64,000 bases of DNA from a virus (Duplodnaviria; Caudoviricetes), in IMG/VR virus record IMGVR_UViG_3300042508_000526; one strand, given 5' to 3'. The notes under the pieces are model-generated. The model searched no databases and was not told the DNA's origin. It saw only the letters and a program-made list of their open reading frames with translations. The position numbers were made by a program, and so were the translations under genes. How positions within the stretch are numbered: the stretch's first letter is position 1; every line of letters starts with the position of its first letter. Below, in pieces: positions 20,301 through 29,995 of the stretch.

Positions 20301-21760
20301 GCGAGCGATCGACCGACCGACGACGCGTCACCGCGCAAGCTCATTTGACGTTGCCGCTGCTCAGCTTCTCCGCGCTGCAGCTTGCCGAAACCAGACTTTT
20401 CAAAAACGCCGGCGTCGGACATTGCCTGCCCATGGATAAGCCGACCGGCCATGCCTTGTTCGACAGTGGCTTCTTGTAAGCCCAGTTGCCTACCAGTGGC
20501 TTTGTCCTCGTACATCATCGTCGTCAGAGCACTGAGATCAGTGTTTGTGTCCCGGGCTGCTAGGCGCATCTGCCGCACCATGCCCTCGACCTTGCCCTGC
20601 GAAAAGCTGCCCTGCGAGCCGTTAGTTAACTGCTGCAGGCTGCCCATTAACGCTTGAATTGGCGCGTTTGACTGTCCGTTGTCGCCGAAGATTTCACGAA
20701 TAGCCGCAATGGCGCCGTTGTACTCTTTGATAGCTTTAGACGTACGCTGCGCGTCTACCGCGCCGGCGGCACCGCCGAAACCAGTAAGTTGCTCAATCTC
20801 TTCCGCTGACTTTGCGCCAGCAGCTCCGGTCGAGAACTTGTCAATTTCAGAGAACGTCGCGTCAAGCTTGCCGCGGTATTCTTTGTGCTTGTCCGACCGC
20901 ATTATTTTTTGTTCTTCAGCGGTGGCGTTCGCGTAGTCGTAGTCGCGCTCCATAAGATCAGAATGCGCGAACTGCTCCGTCAACCGGTCCATCGACTTGT
21001 CGTCTCGTTGCGCTTTGCTAATAGTGCGCACCCGATCTGCCGCCGACATGGCGCCAAGGCTTTGCGGTAACTTGCCTTTCTGGAACAGATCCTCCATCAT
21101 CTCGCCCGCAGCCACGGCGCCGAAACCGTGCATCTCGTTTATGTTGGCGTCCGGGCCGTACAGGTTCTGATAGACGTTTTGCGAAAAACTCTCCAGAGAC
21201 CGCTCCGACATCTGTCGCCCGCCGCCAGCCGAGTCCGGGCGGAAAAAGCCGATACGGTTAGATGCGGCGGCAATAGCCGTCGGATCACCACGGCGGCCGA
21301 ACATTATCCCCTCTAAGTTTTCTGCGCCGATTTGACTGGCGGCAAAAGACTTAAAGATCGGATTGTTAAGTACCTGCGCTCCGATTTGTGCCTGCTCTCG
21401 GTCAAGCTGTGTCGGGGGTTTTCCGCCTGTTGCGATAGCCTGCGCGCCCAGCAGCTTCGTGGCTACCTGTTCGTTGCCGGCCATGTTCGCGGCCTGTATG
21501 GCTCGCGCGCCCTGCTGCTGGTAGCGAGAAGCAGCGTACTGGTCTGCCAGCGCCTGTCCGGGCATCTGGTGCGCTAAAAACGCGTCTGGGCCGGCTGCGC
21601 CCTTTACAAGCATCGGGCCGTACATATTGGCCAGATAGCCAAACGCGTCGTCTACGTTATTGGCGTTTTGGAACGGCGAGTAAACCGGCGGCGCGTATCG
21701 GTATGCCCGATCGGTTTGGTTTTGCGCATATCCGGTATTGTTAAAATCTATGCCGTTCAT
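17312..21760 (-). CDS. Tape measure protein (1482 aa; start moved to ATG 21760)
   Basis: Long, helical, Ala/Gln/Gly-rich; follows tube and chaperone genes; GAGG RBS. Confidence 0.85.
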   Translation of the reverse strand: MNGIDFNNTGYAQNQTDRAYRYAPPVYSPFQNANNVDDAFGYLANMYGPMLVKGAAGPDAFLAHQMPGQALADQYAASRYQQQGARAIQAANMAGNEQVATKLLGAQAIATGGKPPTQLDREQAQIGAQVLNNPIFKSFAASQIGAENLEGIMFGRRGDPTAIAAASNRIGFFRPDSAGGGRQMSERSLESFSQNVYQNLYGPDANINEMHGFGAVAAGEMMEDLFQKGKLPQSLGAMSAADRVRTISKAQRDDKSMDRLTEQFAHSDLMERDYDYANATAEEQKIMRSDKHKEYRGKLDATFSEIDKFSTGAAGAKSAEEIEQLTGFGGAAGAVDAQRTSKAIKEYNGAIAAIREIFGDNGQSNAPIQALMGSLQQLTNGSQGSFSQGKVEGMVRQMRLAARDTNTDLSALTTMMYEDKATGRQLGLQEATVEQGMAGRLIHGQAMSDAGVFEKSGFGKLQRGEAEQRQRQMSLRGDASSVGRSLAVLNRLVSEDPEKYKGTKLEAAVKAYRAGQTTFSHDGQTTNLAELAGRQGVAGVYSLARESGADNRTLYAYTRDKIGTEEYLNEGYAYKSQRYELQRNFSRANEGAIRDKMSSAEFEKLRPSGMSDKDFQQRKDDLSKGFSYAMTGIIMDETADMTSEQRLAHMEKRGKEELTKYFRSARGGGMSAKAASAEAEKYFEAMYGGDAKERKSNLAATYAEVSAVSADRTNVSIEANKQMYNQRAIDNADTQRTVNERRAERLKDSTMGHESTILQRVGDELENLGSGNAGQTSDALKRVFNVVSEDSILQKYAPDMQEGLVAVAKMDRGATTTPEEINKLTEQAAQDPNGAAAKTLKQLAGFKPDQQLTEEETASLGQRAMMRSGETAKGNTEAEKAKSEATKKRAAIMFKAFNTGKKEDVMAGARAMAQEILGADADPKQVEAFAKSAINDDTTTFEKSMQRGLFGSGLSDEDQDRARGIARALRASSAMGGLDAAGLGQSPAAVESAQDRSTAKANELTREIRDRLAPQIEKGLDSKAFDRLQPSGLDPQQKEVQRKEFVRRASETVAGITVNEMGGTTNMSPEERADYMKRRTTEEFTKHFERKGMVPARAKEMAESHFGAAFGTDKETVTRRMNAVYDATKQAAEARGADTEGAAFNAVAVDAASGKAAYDYEKLGVTKSLTAEQKKLVDEIGKDQSGAAMKRAMQDEKQRKVLLTIPDSAAVDLFGKFTPEAQQQGIEAIDGVLASGITQSYLGMDKKDVQNLSRLRDAVGTKTPGGVSSQNVGGRPSMPAAAGELDAITQEMTKLYDTKAKSGWFTNERTFSEESDKIRYRDLSQRRMELESGNPLGLVDSQIADVQSRGKSGWFTSEKTLSSEDKEQLDFLTKRRDDILGKDRREGMDAVQASRESITDGQRSTLMRSDQVVRQLDYHRDRGDPQMGGGQSGGKEMTINGTLTLSGLSEAVLAAAGRRMEESPDGGAPIDMAPGNTAYHGR

Positions 21761-21768
21761 GCGCCGCC

Positions 21769-22158
21769 TCAACCGGTTTTATTCTGCATCGTTTGTTTAT
21801 AGCGCTCAATTAATGATTGTGTTTCGCTATCAACTATTGTATCTTTTTGCGGGCCTTCTTCGGCCTTTTTCGCCTCAAGCCATGGAAATGTTGTTTTTTG
21901 GATTACGCCCATGACCTCGTTGGCGTGCTTTTTAACTGCTTTGAAGCTCTCTTCCGTTAAATTGCCGTGCGACAACAGCGCGAGCCAGTGCCGGTGAGCA
22001 ATTGTCAGGAGTTCGTAATCTTCGCGTCGTTCTACCTCGTCTAGAAGTAACCGGTGCTTTAATCGCCAGTGTCTGTCTCGGGGATCGGCTCCGGCGTAGT
22101 TAATTGCGCCGGACACAGCAGCCCGCACCATTAAGGCCGCTATTCGATCCCTTCCCAA
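21769..22158 (-). CDS. Probable tail assembly chaperone extension (T-like frame; 129 codons)
   Basis: Lies in the -1 frame overlapping the last codons of the upstream gene; TTG start without a clear RBS; directly precedes the TMP. Confidence 0.55.
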   Translation of the reverse strand: MGRDRIAALMVRAAVSGAINYAGADPRDRHWRLKHRLLLDEVERREDYELLTIAHRHWLALLSHGNLTEESFKAVKKHANEVMGVIQKTTFPWLEAKKAEEGPQKDTIVDSETQSLIERYKQTMQNKTG

Positions 22159-23132
22159 AAACTTGGTTCAAGCGCCATGGCCTCCAGCGCCTCTACAAGA
22201 CGCTGAAACTTTCTGAGGTGCATCGACACCAGTCGCCGCGTTACTTCGGCCGACAGGGGCTTTGTGTTGATTGTGTGACGCACGGCGGCCAGCACCGTCT
22301 GCGTCGGCTTGTCTTCCGGCGGCGTAAACGGCACATCTTGGATTTCTGGGTTGGCAAAAATAACTTTTCCGCTGGCGTCAAAGATGGCCTCTAGCGAGCA
22401 CGCCATACGATATTCCGCCATGCGCAAAAACCACTCTGCCTCCGATAAAATCTCCCCCGCGTTCTGGTCAAGTAAAAGCTGCCGCTGCACGAGAAAGTTT
22501 TCGTCGGCAAGCATGCTGCGTAACCGAATGCGCATTCGTCCGCCTGCGATTTCGTAATCTCGCCGGAAACGCTCGCCGCCGAGCAGCGTGGCCAAAAAAT
22601 CTTCTTTGTCGCGATCCGTAGTTTCGACGTCGTATTGCTGCCGCATGTCCCAGCCACATCGCGGGCAAAACGGCAGTACCGGCATAGCCGAGCTGACGCC
22701 AGTGTCCATTCTGTTTTCAATTGTCGGGTCTAGCGGCACGTCTTCTTTCGGCTCTTCTTTTACTTCCTCTTTTGCGGCCTGCTCACGGTCGTCGACGATT
22801 TGCGGCGCGTCTTCGGCCATCATTTTTTCGTAAGCTTCTCGCACACTTGGCGACATGTTTTCCGTCGCTTTGTCGATCTCCGCGGCCTTCTCTTTCTTGT
22901 TTAAAACATCCTTGGCTTTTTTAAGTAACTGCGCGACGGCCTCAACGTCCGCTTCTGTCATCGATTCCTTGTCGATAAGCACGTCTGTCCGCACCGTCGC
23001 CGGCATACGATCTTTGATCTTTATCATTAGATCGCCAAGGTCTGCTGGAATCGGATCGTTCGCCTTCCAGCCAAACTGCTCAAGCGTTTTCTTTGTAAAG
23101 TCAGAGACGTACGGGTTCTCAACCAGATCCAT
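22140..23132 (-). CDS. Probable tail assembly chaperone (G-like) with CPRC motif (330 aa)
   Basis: Position upstream of the TMP; acidic helical sequence; ends ALEPSFWEGIE; AAGGAG RBS. Confidence 0.55.
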   Translation of the reverse strand: MDLVENPYVSDFTKKTLEQFGWKANDPIPADLGDLMIKIKDRMPATVRTDVLIDKESMTEADVEAVAQLLKKAKDVLNKKEKAAEIDKATENMSPSVREAYEKMMAEDAPQIVDDREQAAKEEVKEEPKEDVPLDPTIENRMDTGVSSAMPVLPFCPRCGWDMRQQYDVETTDRDKEDFLATLLGGERFRRDYEIAGGRMRIRLRSMLADENFLVQRQLLLDQNAGEILSEAEWFLRMAEYRMACSLEAIFDASGKVIFANPEIQDVPFTPPEDKPTQTVLAAVRHTINTKPLSAEVTRRLVSMHLRKFQRLVEALEAMALEPSFWEGIE

Positions 23133-23147
23133 AAATAGCTCCTTCGG

Positions 23148-26036
23148 TTATCGACCAACAATCGGGTAGTAGCCGTTGATAATTTTCTTGTCGTTACTTT
23201 TGAACTCTGGTTCAGCGTATTCGCCGGCAAGGCCGGGTGCGTCGCCGCGGTCTTTATCGCGCAAACCGCCACCAGACAGCTGCACGATATTGAAATCTTG
23301 CTCCACGTACGCGGGTTCGTCGTTAAGCCACTTTTTGCCCGGGAACGGCCATGTCTCGTCGCATACCTTGGATTTAACAGGCTTTTCTGTCCATCGCTCT
23401 GGCACGTCGTTCATGAGCCGCGCCATTTGTTGCCACCGGTCTTCGTACAGCAAGAAGTCGGGTATTTGATATTGCGGATCTGTGCGAAATGTAAACTCCA
23501 TGATGTCCATGAGGCGCGGATGCCCCGGGCGCTTATCGGCGTACCACAGCTGCTCCAGCATTTCGTCGTCGATCTGGTCGCCGATTCTTGGCAGCTCTTC
23601 TTCAATTAGCTGGCGCACAGTTTCCAGCGCAGGCAATGCTTGGTCGGCGCAGTCGGCATCGCACGGCGCCACGAAGATGTTGCCCTTGGCGGCTTGGCCT
23701 GTAAATATGTGCGCATTTTCTTTTGCGCACAGGACGCTGCCGTGAAATATCGCGTTGCCGTCAGCGATGATGTCCGCGTCAGTCATTATTGGCCCGATTA
23801 GCAGCGTATTTTGGCTGCTAAACATATTGGCTTTTTTCGTTTCGTCGTCGGCACCGGCGCGGAAGAAGTGCAGAATTTTGCCCTCTTTGCCGACGTAGTT
23901 GTAGATGTTGTTGGACTTTGTAACTAGTTCGGCTTCGCCCTTACCGGCGTCGATAGTGATGTTGCCCGGCTTAATAGAGCTACCGCCGCCGCCAGTGCGC
24001 ATGTAAATGCGATGGCCAATGCTAACGACTTCAGATTTAGGCGCGCGCAATACGATGCCGCCAAAGATTACATCGTCGCCGCATTGCTCAAACTCGTAGA
24101 TCGGGTTGTTTGCACGGCTTTCAATAAGTACGCCGCCCTCGCGCTTCGAGCTGTCGTTGCCGGCGAGGATTAGAACGTTTTGTTCGCTCTTTAGGCGGAT
24201 GTTCTTGTCAGTCGTTGAAATATCGACGCCTTCTTTGGCGCGGATGATGCAGTCGCCGCCGCTCCAAGCCTGCGTGTGCCGCCCCGACTTCATCCACACG
24301 TCGCCCGGCGCCGAGAGAATAAGACAGCCGCCAGACATGCGAATTTCAGCGCCATACCCGTCGCCGATTACCACGCCGCCGTCTTCCAACAGCGAGATCG
24401 AGCATTCCGTCTCATAAAACTTTTGCGTGTTATACCGGTGGTCAATTTTGAGCATTCGCGGCGATTGCTCTTTGATATACATGGAGCCTTTAAGCTGGCT
24501 GAAGTTCGGTATGCGGTGATTGAATTGCGCGTACTGCAGTTCAGACTGCTCCCATGTTTTGAAATCTTTTTCGTGCCAGTAGAACGGGTGAATACCGGCG
24601 TAGTTAAACAGGTAGCCGTGCAGGTCGAGTACAGCGGCCGCGCGCTGCATATTCGGAAACTGCGTATCGGTTGTTTTGATATCGCCAGTGATTTTGTGGT
24701 CCGGCCCCGAGCCGTATTTACTGGCGGCTTTATAGTTGATATCCGCGTCGTCGCCGTCGCCAGCTTCTGGGCGCTTAGTGCGCTGGGGCATTGGCAGCAG
24801 CATGCGCTTTGACAGCACGATGCCTTTAGCCGACGCGATAAACCGCCGCCCGTCCATTGCGACGTTATCTTCGTGTAGGCCCTTGACTGGCTTTTCTTGA
24901 TAGTCGCGGTCTTTGCTTGGACCGCCGCCGCAATCAGGCGACAAGCCGTCCTTACCCTTTACAGACGACTCGAACGGCGGCGAAGGCGAACCGCTGCTGC
25001 CCGGCTTATACGTGAACCGCTGCAGCCCGTCAGGTGGCGCGTGTAACACCGATCGCTGACCTTGGCCGAGATAGCCAAAGAACTTTTGTGTGCGATGGTA
25101 GGGCTGCTGAAACTCGTGCTTGTTTTCCCAATGCGAGTAGTACGGTTTAGCGCGCGCGCACTGATAGTCTTTCGGCTCGTATTCGTTAATCATCGGCAGG
25201 CCCGGCTCGATTAACCCGACGGCTTCCCACGGATACGGCGAGTAGCCTTGGAGATCGTTGCATTCCGCTTGATCCATGTAGGCGTCGCGTTCGCTGCCGG
25301 CGGTCCAGACCTGCATGTTGTAGCCGGCAACACGCAGTAACGAATCGTGATAGAACCCGTAAATACCGCAGAACTCGTTTACCGACATGCGCATCATGAA
25401 GTCGTCGATGCTGATGCCAATGCCGGTAGTCGAGACGGCGCCCCATTCGCTGGCTAGTGTCGCATCCCACGGCCGCCAGCTGCTCCAGTCCACCATTTGG
25501 CCGTTCATCGGCTCTTTGATGTACTTCTTATGGCAGTCGTCTACGCGCTTTCTGGACGCCTGAGAGATGTAGTCGTGATAGGCGCGCTTGCCAACGTCGA
25601 GAACGTTAGGTACGGCGCCGAGAATATACGCCTGCCCAACTTTGTCGTGGATCATCAGAATAACTGATGTTCCGGGCGCGTACGTGTTAACAGTACTGGC
25701 GCCAAAGCAGACGTGGCTCGACTGCGATAGCGTCGCCGCGATAATAGGAGCGCGCGATTTTTCTACGAATACTTTATAGCAGTTGGCAATCGCCGTACCG
25801 TCGACGATCCACCCGGTGCAAAGTCGCCCGGTGTCTTGAAAACCCTGCTTGAAGCCGGCTAACTTTGTGTTAGGGTCGGCTACGGCCTGCAACTGGGCGC
25901 CATACGCAGCCGTGCCTGTCCGGCTAGAAAACTGCGTATTATTTTGAAGTCGCCTTGTTGCCTGAGTCGGGTCGTATGCGTGCTGATGGCCGGAAGACGG
26001 AGTAATGCCCACCGGCTTCGGGGGCTGTTGCGACAT
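23148..26036 (-). CDS. Baseplate central spike, gp5/VgrG-like (962 aa)
   Basis: OB-fold-like TGWIVDG...YAPGTSVILM...AYILGAVP; later beta-helix-like SLLEDGGVVIGDGYGAEIRMSGGCLILSAPGDVWMKSG. Confidence 0.65.
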   Translation of the reverse strand: MSQQPPKPVGITPSSGHQHAYDPTQATRRLQNNTQFSSRTGTAAYGAQLQAVADPNTKLAGFKQGFQDTGRLCTGWIVDGTAIANCYKVFVEKSRAPIIAATLSQSSHVCFGASTVNTYAPGTSVILMIHDKVGQAYILGAVPNVLDVGKRAYHDYISQASRKRVDDCHKKYIKEPMNGQMVDWSSWRPWDATLASEWGAVSTTGIGISIDDFMMRMSVNEFCGIYGFYHDSLLRVAGYNMQVWTAGSERDAYMDQAECNDLQGYSPYPWEAVGLIEPGLPMINEYEPKDYQCARAKPYYSHWENKHEFQQPYHRTQKFFGYLGQGQRSVLHAPPDGLQRFTYKPGSSGSPSPPFESSVKGKDGLSPDCGGGPSKDRDYQEKPVKGLHEDNVAMDGRRFIASAKGIVLSKRMLLPMPQRTKRPEAGDGDDADINYKAASKYGSGPDHKITGDIKTTDTQFPNMQRAAAVLDLHGYLFNYAGIHPFYWHEKDFKTWEQSELQYAQFNHRIPNFSQLKGSMYIKEQSPRMLKIDHRYNTQKFYETECSISLLEDGGVVIGDGYGAEIRMSGGCLILSAPGDVWMKSGRHTQAWSGGDCIIRAKEGVDISTTDKNIRLKSEQNVLILAGNDSSKREGGVLIESRANNPIYEFEQCGDDVIFGGIVLRAPKSEVVSIGHRIYMRTGGGGSSIKPGNITIDAGKGEAELVTKSNNIYNYVGKEGKILHFFRAGADDETKKANMFSSQNTLLIGPIMTDADIIADGNAIFHGSVLCAKENAHIFTGQAAKGNIFVAPCDADCADQALPALETVRQLIEEELPRIGDQIDDEMLEQLWYADKRPGHPRLMDIMEFTFRTDPQYQIPDFLLYEDRWQQMARLMNDVPERWTEKPVKSKVCDETWPFPGKKWLNDEPAYVEQDFNIVQLSGGGLRDKDRGDAPGLAGEYAEPEFKSNDKKIINGYYPIVGR

Positions 26037-26094
26037 TTATCCACCAAACGGTGAGGTTACGGGCGAAAAGCCCAAGGCGTATAGCCTAATACCA

Positions 26095-26129
26095 TAAGCG
26101 GCGGTTGCGTTTTCAGCAACCGCCGCTTA
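26095..26129 (-). terminator. Perfect 14-bp inverted repeat after the tube gene (terminator or processing stem)
   Basis: TAAGCGGCGGTTGC-7 nt-GCAACCGCCGCTTA; weak U-tract. Confidence 0.65.
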
Positions 26130-26154
26130 CTTAAATACCAATAACGCGTGAAAA

Positions 26155-26598
26155 TCAGGCGTAATCGATATCCGAGCAGATAAAGCCCAGATTCTCGTTA
26201 ATCACGATTTCCTGCGCGGTCACGCTCGCCCCAATCGAGGTTAGCGTGGCCTTCTTGAGCGTGTAGGTCACGTTTACAGTCACGCCACCGCAACCACCGC
26301 TACCCTCAAGCGTGAGGTCAGCGGGGTTACACATGTCGCCGTACTTCGTCACCATCGTCTTAAACGTCGCCGAGCCGCCCACAACGCGGACAAGCTGCGC
26401 CTGACCTTGCCGACGATTACCGACATAGTAAATGTTATTGGAGCCGATCTCATACAGGAAGTTCACAGTCCGGTTGACCGTGAAATTCGCCTGCTGCACT
26501 AGCGCCCCGTCACCGGACCCGCCGGCAAAGGTCATTTTCAGATCCTCTGCCCGGAACGTGCCCTTGTGCTGCTGTTCTTTGCCGAAAGGACTTGCCAT
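26155..26598 (-). CDS. Tail tube protein (147 aa)
   Basis: Directly downstream of the sheath; size and the LVQQANFTVNRTVNFLYEIGS pattern fit. Confidence 0.8.
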   Translation of the reverse strand: MASPFGKEQQHKGTFRAEDLKMTFAGGSGDGALVQQANFTVNRTVNFLYEIGSNNIYYVGNRRQGQAQLVRVVGGSATFKTMVTKYGDMCNPADLTLEGSGGCGGVTVNVTYTLKKATLTSIGASVTAQEIVINENLGFICSDIDYA

Positions 26599-26644
26599 AG
26601 TTCACCCTATGATTGTTAAGTTGACCCAGTTACAGTTTGAGCAA

Positions 26645-29600
26645 TTAGACCACTAAGTGCAGCTCAATGTTATTGAGCGGCGCCGGGACAACGAGATCGA
26701 GAACAATTTCGATTCGGTCCTTTAACAGCGGGTGGATTTGCAGTCTGCGAATCGTGCCGTCAACCAGCTGCGAACCCAGCTCTTCGGTGAAGCCGTTGGC
26801 CTTGAGGAAGTCGATGATCGCCGTGACTTCGAACCGCAGACGTCGCACCATACCTTCTTGCGCGTTGGTGCGGCCGATGAACGGACGCAGGCGGCGCAGG
26901 AACAGGTAGGACATCGAGTCCACGTTGCGGCGGATCATCTCTTCCCGACGATTCAGGTCGAGGTTGTCCGTCGTCAGCGCGTGCCGCGTGTGCGGCGTGC
27001 CGTCCTTGTCTTCTGTCACGATCCACACTCCGGCCTCAGCCATACGGTTGAGCTGAGTTTCGTTGAAGTACTTATACGACCGCGTGTAATCATCAAAACC
27101 GGCAACCTCGACGTTGGTCAGCGGCTGGTGGGGGACAACGCCGCTCACCAGACCAGCCAGCGCTGAAGCCAGATAGAAACCGGGCTGCAGTGTGCCAGCT
27201 TCGCCAACCTGATCCGGCCACACGGCGCAAACCCGGCGATTCGACAGCGAGCCACCCTGCTGCGCAATGTCTTCCGCGACCTCGTTGCGGTTACGGTTGT
27301 GATAGATCTCTACGCGTTGCGGCTGCGTTACCGCGGCATCAGCGCCGGAGTACAGCAGCAGCGTCGACTCAGACAGTACCTGATCGACAACGTACTCTTC
27401 ATACTGCTCGTCGCCGAAACCGTCGACCGAGAAGTTGTAACGGACGATGTCGCCGGGGCGAACGTCGTTCGTGATGAAGTAACCGTTGCCCGATGTGACC
27501 GTCAGCTTTGTGTACTGCGTGTTGGTCGCATTCGGATCGTCGGCCAGTGTCGCGAGAACGGGCGAGTCGATTTCTGTACCGAGCACGCCGTTAACCGGCA
27601 CGCCTTCGCCAGCCACCTTGACGACCGGGTGCGCCTTGAGGCTGAAGAAACCGGCCTTCCAGTTATTGGCGTACTCATTCGATTCGGCGCCGATGTGCGC
27701 AGCCCACAGATTTTGAATCTGCCGCTCGAACGTCAGCGGAACGAGGTTGTACATGTCGTCACGACCCTTGATGCGCTCAAGCACCTGCACCCAGCTGTCG
27801 AGGTTCGGGCCGATGTAGCGATTTTCCGAATCAAAACGATCCGGCTCGCCGACGGCCGTGTACTTCACAACTGTACCGTTGCTGTTAGAGAGCGCCTTAT
27901 AGACGCCCCACTTCAGCGGGTTATCCGGGTGCAGCTGGCCCTTGATCACGTCGAGATCAGCAACGTCGCTGATCGAGTTGACCTGATCGGCCAGCTCGCT
28001 GAGCCACTCGCGGTACTCGACGTAAACCTTGCCGCCCATGACGGGCAGCGGCTGTTCAGCACCAGCGCTTGTCCACTCAGGGTGGTAAGCGATGATGCCT
28101 TCCTGCACGCAGACTTGCGTATCTTCAAGCCAGTAGTTGGTCTCCGGCGCGTAACCGATACGATTACGCGAGACCTGAATGTCGTCCTTGATGTACAGCA
28201 TGAGGTCCATGTCCTCGCCGCTGATCAGGCTGACAGTCGCGCCGGTGGCTGTTGTACCGCCCACAGGTGCGGCAGCAAACGTTACCGTCGGCGCTGTGAC
28301 GTAACCCGAGCCGCGGTTCGTCACCGTTACGGCTACAACCTTGCCGGCTGTCGAACCCGTGCCGAGCACCGCGGTACCGGTCGCCGTTGTGGCGCCAATA
28401 TTACCGCTTGTCGGGGCCGAGAACGTGACGGTCGGGGCTGTGACGTAACCGGAGCCGATACCGCCGGCCGGAATGTTCACGAAGCCAACCTTATCAACGG
28501 GCAGGCCGTCTTCAGACAGCAGGCTGGTCGGCAGGTCATCGCGAAGGATGAGCTTGCGCACCGGGCCAGCTTGGCTGGAGTTAACCGTGATGTACCACTT
28601 GTCGCCCTTGCGGAGGCCAGCAACAGCGTCCGAGCTGCCGCCAGTCGCGCCGAGAAACTTAACCTTTACGCCGTTCGTGCCAATCGCCACCGAGATGGCG
28701 TTGGAACCTTCACCGTCGCCGACAACCTCGGTCGGACCAGAGAAGTCGAGGCCCTTGGCCGTCTTCACGGTGATTTCCGGAAGCTGCGCGAAGGTGCCGC
28801 CCTTTGTGCACTCGATGATGTAAACGTCGTTCTTAGCGCCGGCATACTTGCCGAGAATGTCAAGCTGACCAGCGACGCCGTTGACAGAGTCTTCAGTCGC
28901 GTAAACGCCGTCGGCATCCGAAACGGCGATCGCCGGCTCGAACGTCTGCTTTACAATGAACTGCCATTTCTGACCAACAACAAAGTTGTCGCTCGTCGAG
29001 CCGTTCGAGAAGCGGACCGACAGGCCGCGGGTGCCGATGAACGTAACGCCCGAAGCGGCATCAATTTCATTCGGCGTGATTTCCGCTTGATCGTCCGTTC
29101 CGCTGGCCGACGTTACGCGCAGCCGCGCAGCGTTGCAGCCAGAGATTGTGCTTTTGATAACTTCAACGGTATAGGTTTCGTTGACGTAGCCGTCAACAAG
29201 ACCGCTGTAGGTGTTGGCGCCGGCGTCTCCGCCGTCCAGAACAGTAACGGCAACAGCGTTGTCCGTACCGGCAATCTGAAAATTCGACGCGCCTGCCGCT
29301 GCAGTGACGTCTACGCCGCTAAGATCTGTTGCGGTGTAAGCGTCTTCATTATTAACGTCGGCTACGGCCGGAAGAATGCGCGACGGGACGAGGTCGCTGG
29401 CAAAGCCAGTAACGTATGTCTCAAGCACAGTCTCTTCGCAGTCGTTGTCGGCGCTCACAACGCGCAGCTTGACAACGTCACCGAGCTGAACGTCGCGGTC
29501 ATAAAACACGCCGCTACGCGGGTACGAACCGCCGTTCGCTTTGAACGACAGGTTCGACGATTGAATCCAATTCGATTTGCCGGGCACAGCCGTAACAGTT

Positions 29601-29896
29601 GTCGCGTTGTCGCCGACCGTGTGCGAGTAGTACTGCAGCATGGCGTCGTCGATGTAGACCTTTACATACGACGGATCGACGCGCGAGCCAGCAAGACGCT
29701 GCGGCCACGGATAGCATGTGTCGTTTAAACGATCGTAGACGCCGAGTAAGCAATCGGGCTTCTCATTCGCGTCGCCATAACGATGAAGAACAGCGTGCGG
29801 GCCAGCAATGTGGGCGCGCAGCGGTTCCGTGATCTCCGTCGGGACGATCCGGAACTCTTGAAAAACAAGAACTTGGGGTTTTACGTAGCTCGACAT
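26645..29896 (-). CDS. Tail sheath protein (1083 aa)
   Basis: N-terminal YVKPQVLVFQEF; C-terminal HALTTD...EEMIRRNVD...DRIEIVLDLVVPAPLNNIELHLVV sheath C-domain. Confidence 0.9.
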   Translation of the reverse strand: MSSYVKPQVLVFQEFRIVPTEITEPLRAHIAGPHAVLHRYGDANEKPDCLLGVYDRLNDTCYPWPQRLAGSRVDPSYVKVYIDDAMLQYYSHTVGDNATTVTAVPGKSNWIQSSNLSFKANGGSYPRSGVFYDRDVQLGDVVKLRVVSADNDCEETVLETYVTGFASDLVPSRILPAVADVNNEDAYTATDLSGVDVTAAAGASNFQIAGTDNAVAVTVLDGGDAGANTYSGLVDGYVNETYTVEVIKSTISGCNAARLRVTSASGTDDQAEITPNEIDAASGVTFIGTRGLSVRFSNGSTSDNFVVGQKWQFIVKQTFEPAIAVSDADGVYATEDSVNGVAGQLDILGKYAGAKNDVYIIECTKGGTFAQLPEITVKTAKGLDFSGPTEVVGDGEGSNAISVAIGTNGVKVKFLGATGGSSDAVAGLRKGDKWYITVNSSQAGPVRKLILRDDLPTSLLSEDGLPVDKVGFVNIPAGGIGSGYVTAPTVTFSAPTSGNIGATTATGTAVLGTGSTAGKVVAVTVTNRGSGYVTAPTVTFAAAPVGGTTATGATVSLISGEDMDLMLYIKDDIQVSRNRIGYAPETNYWLEDTQVCVQEGIIAYHPEWTSAGAEQPLPVMGGKVYVEYREWLSELADQVNSISDVADLDVIKGQLHPDNPLKWGVYKALSNSNGTVVKYTAVGEPDRFDSENRYIGPNLDSWVQVLERIKGRDDMYNLVPLTFERQIQNLWAAHIGAESNEYANNWKAGFFSLKAHPVVKVAGEGVPVNGVLGTEIDSPVLATLADDPNATNTQYTKLTVTSGNGYFITNDVRPGDIVRYNFSVDGFGDEQYEEYVVDQVLSESTLLLYSGADAAVTQPQRVEIYHNRNRNEVAEDIAQQGGSLSNRRVCAVWPDQVGEAGTLQPGFYLASALAGLVSGVVPHQPLTNVEVAGFDDYTRSYKYFNETQLNRMAEAGVWIVTEDKDGTPHTRHALTTDNLDLNRREEMIRRNVDSMSYLFLRRLRPFIGRTNAQEGMVRRLRFEVTAIIDFLKANGFTEELGSQLVDGTIRRLQIHPLLKDRIEIVLDLVVPAPLNNIELHLVV

Positions 29897-29947
29897 GCGT
29901 CAGGCCTCCGTGCCTAAAATTTGTGTGCGGTATGGCGTTCAGAGCGT

Positions 29948-29953
29948 AGTATA
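29948..29953 (-). promoter_or_regulatory. Candidate -10 element (G-TATACT) upstream of the sheath
   Basis: Intergenic; the same GTATACT recurs at 33205-33211. Confidence 0.45.
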
Positions 29954-29995
29954 CACAACTCCGCAGTCAACAAAAAAACACCTACCGTAAATTTG

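Noticed and set aside
27299-29728. 809-aa plus-strand ORF
   Set aside because: Antisense shadow of the sheath gene caused by biased codon usage; no recognisable motifs or RBS.
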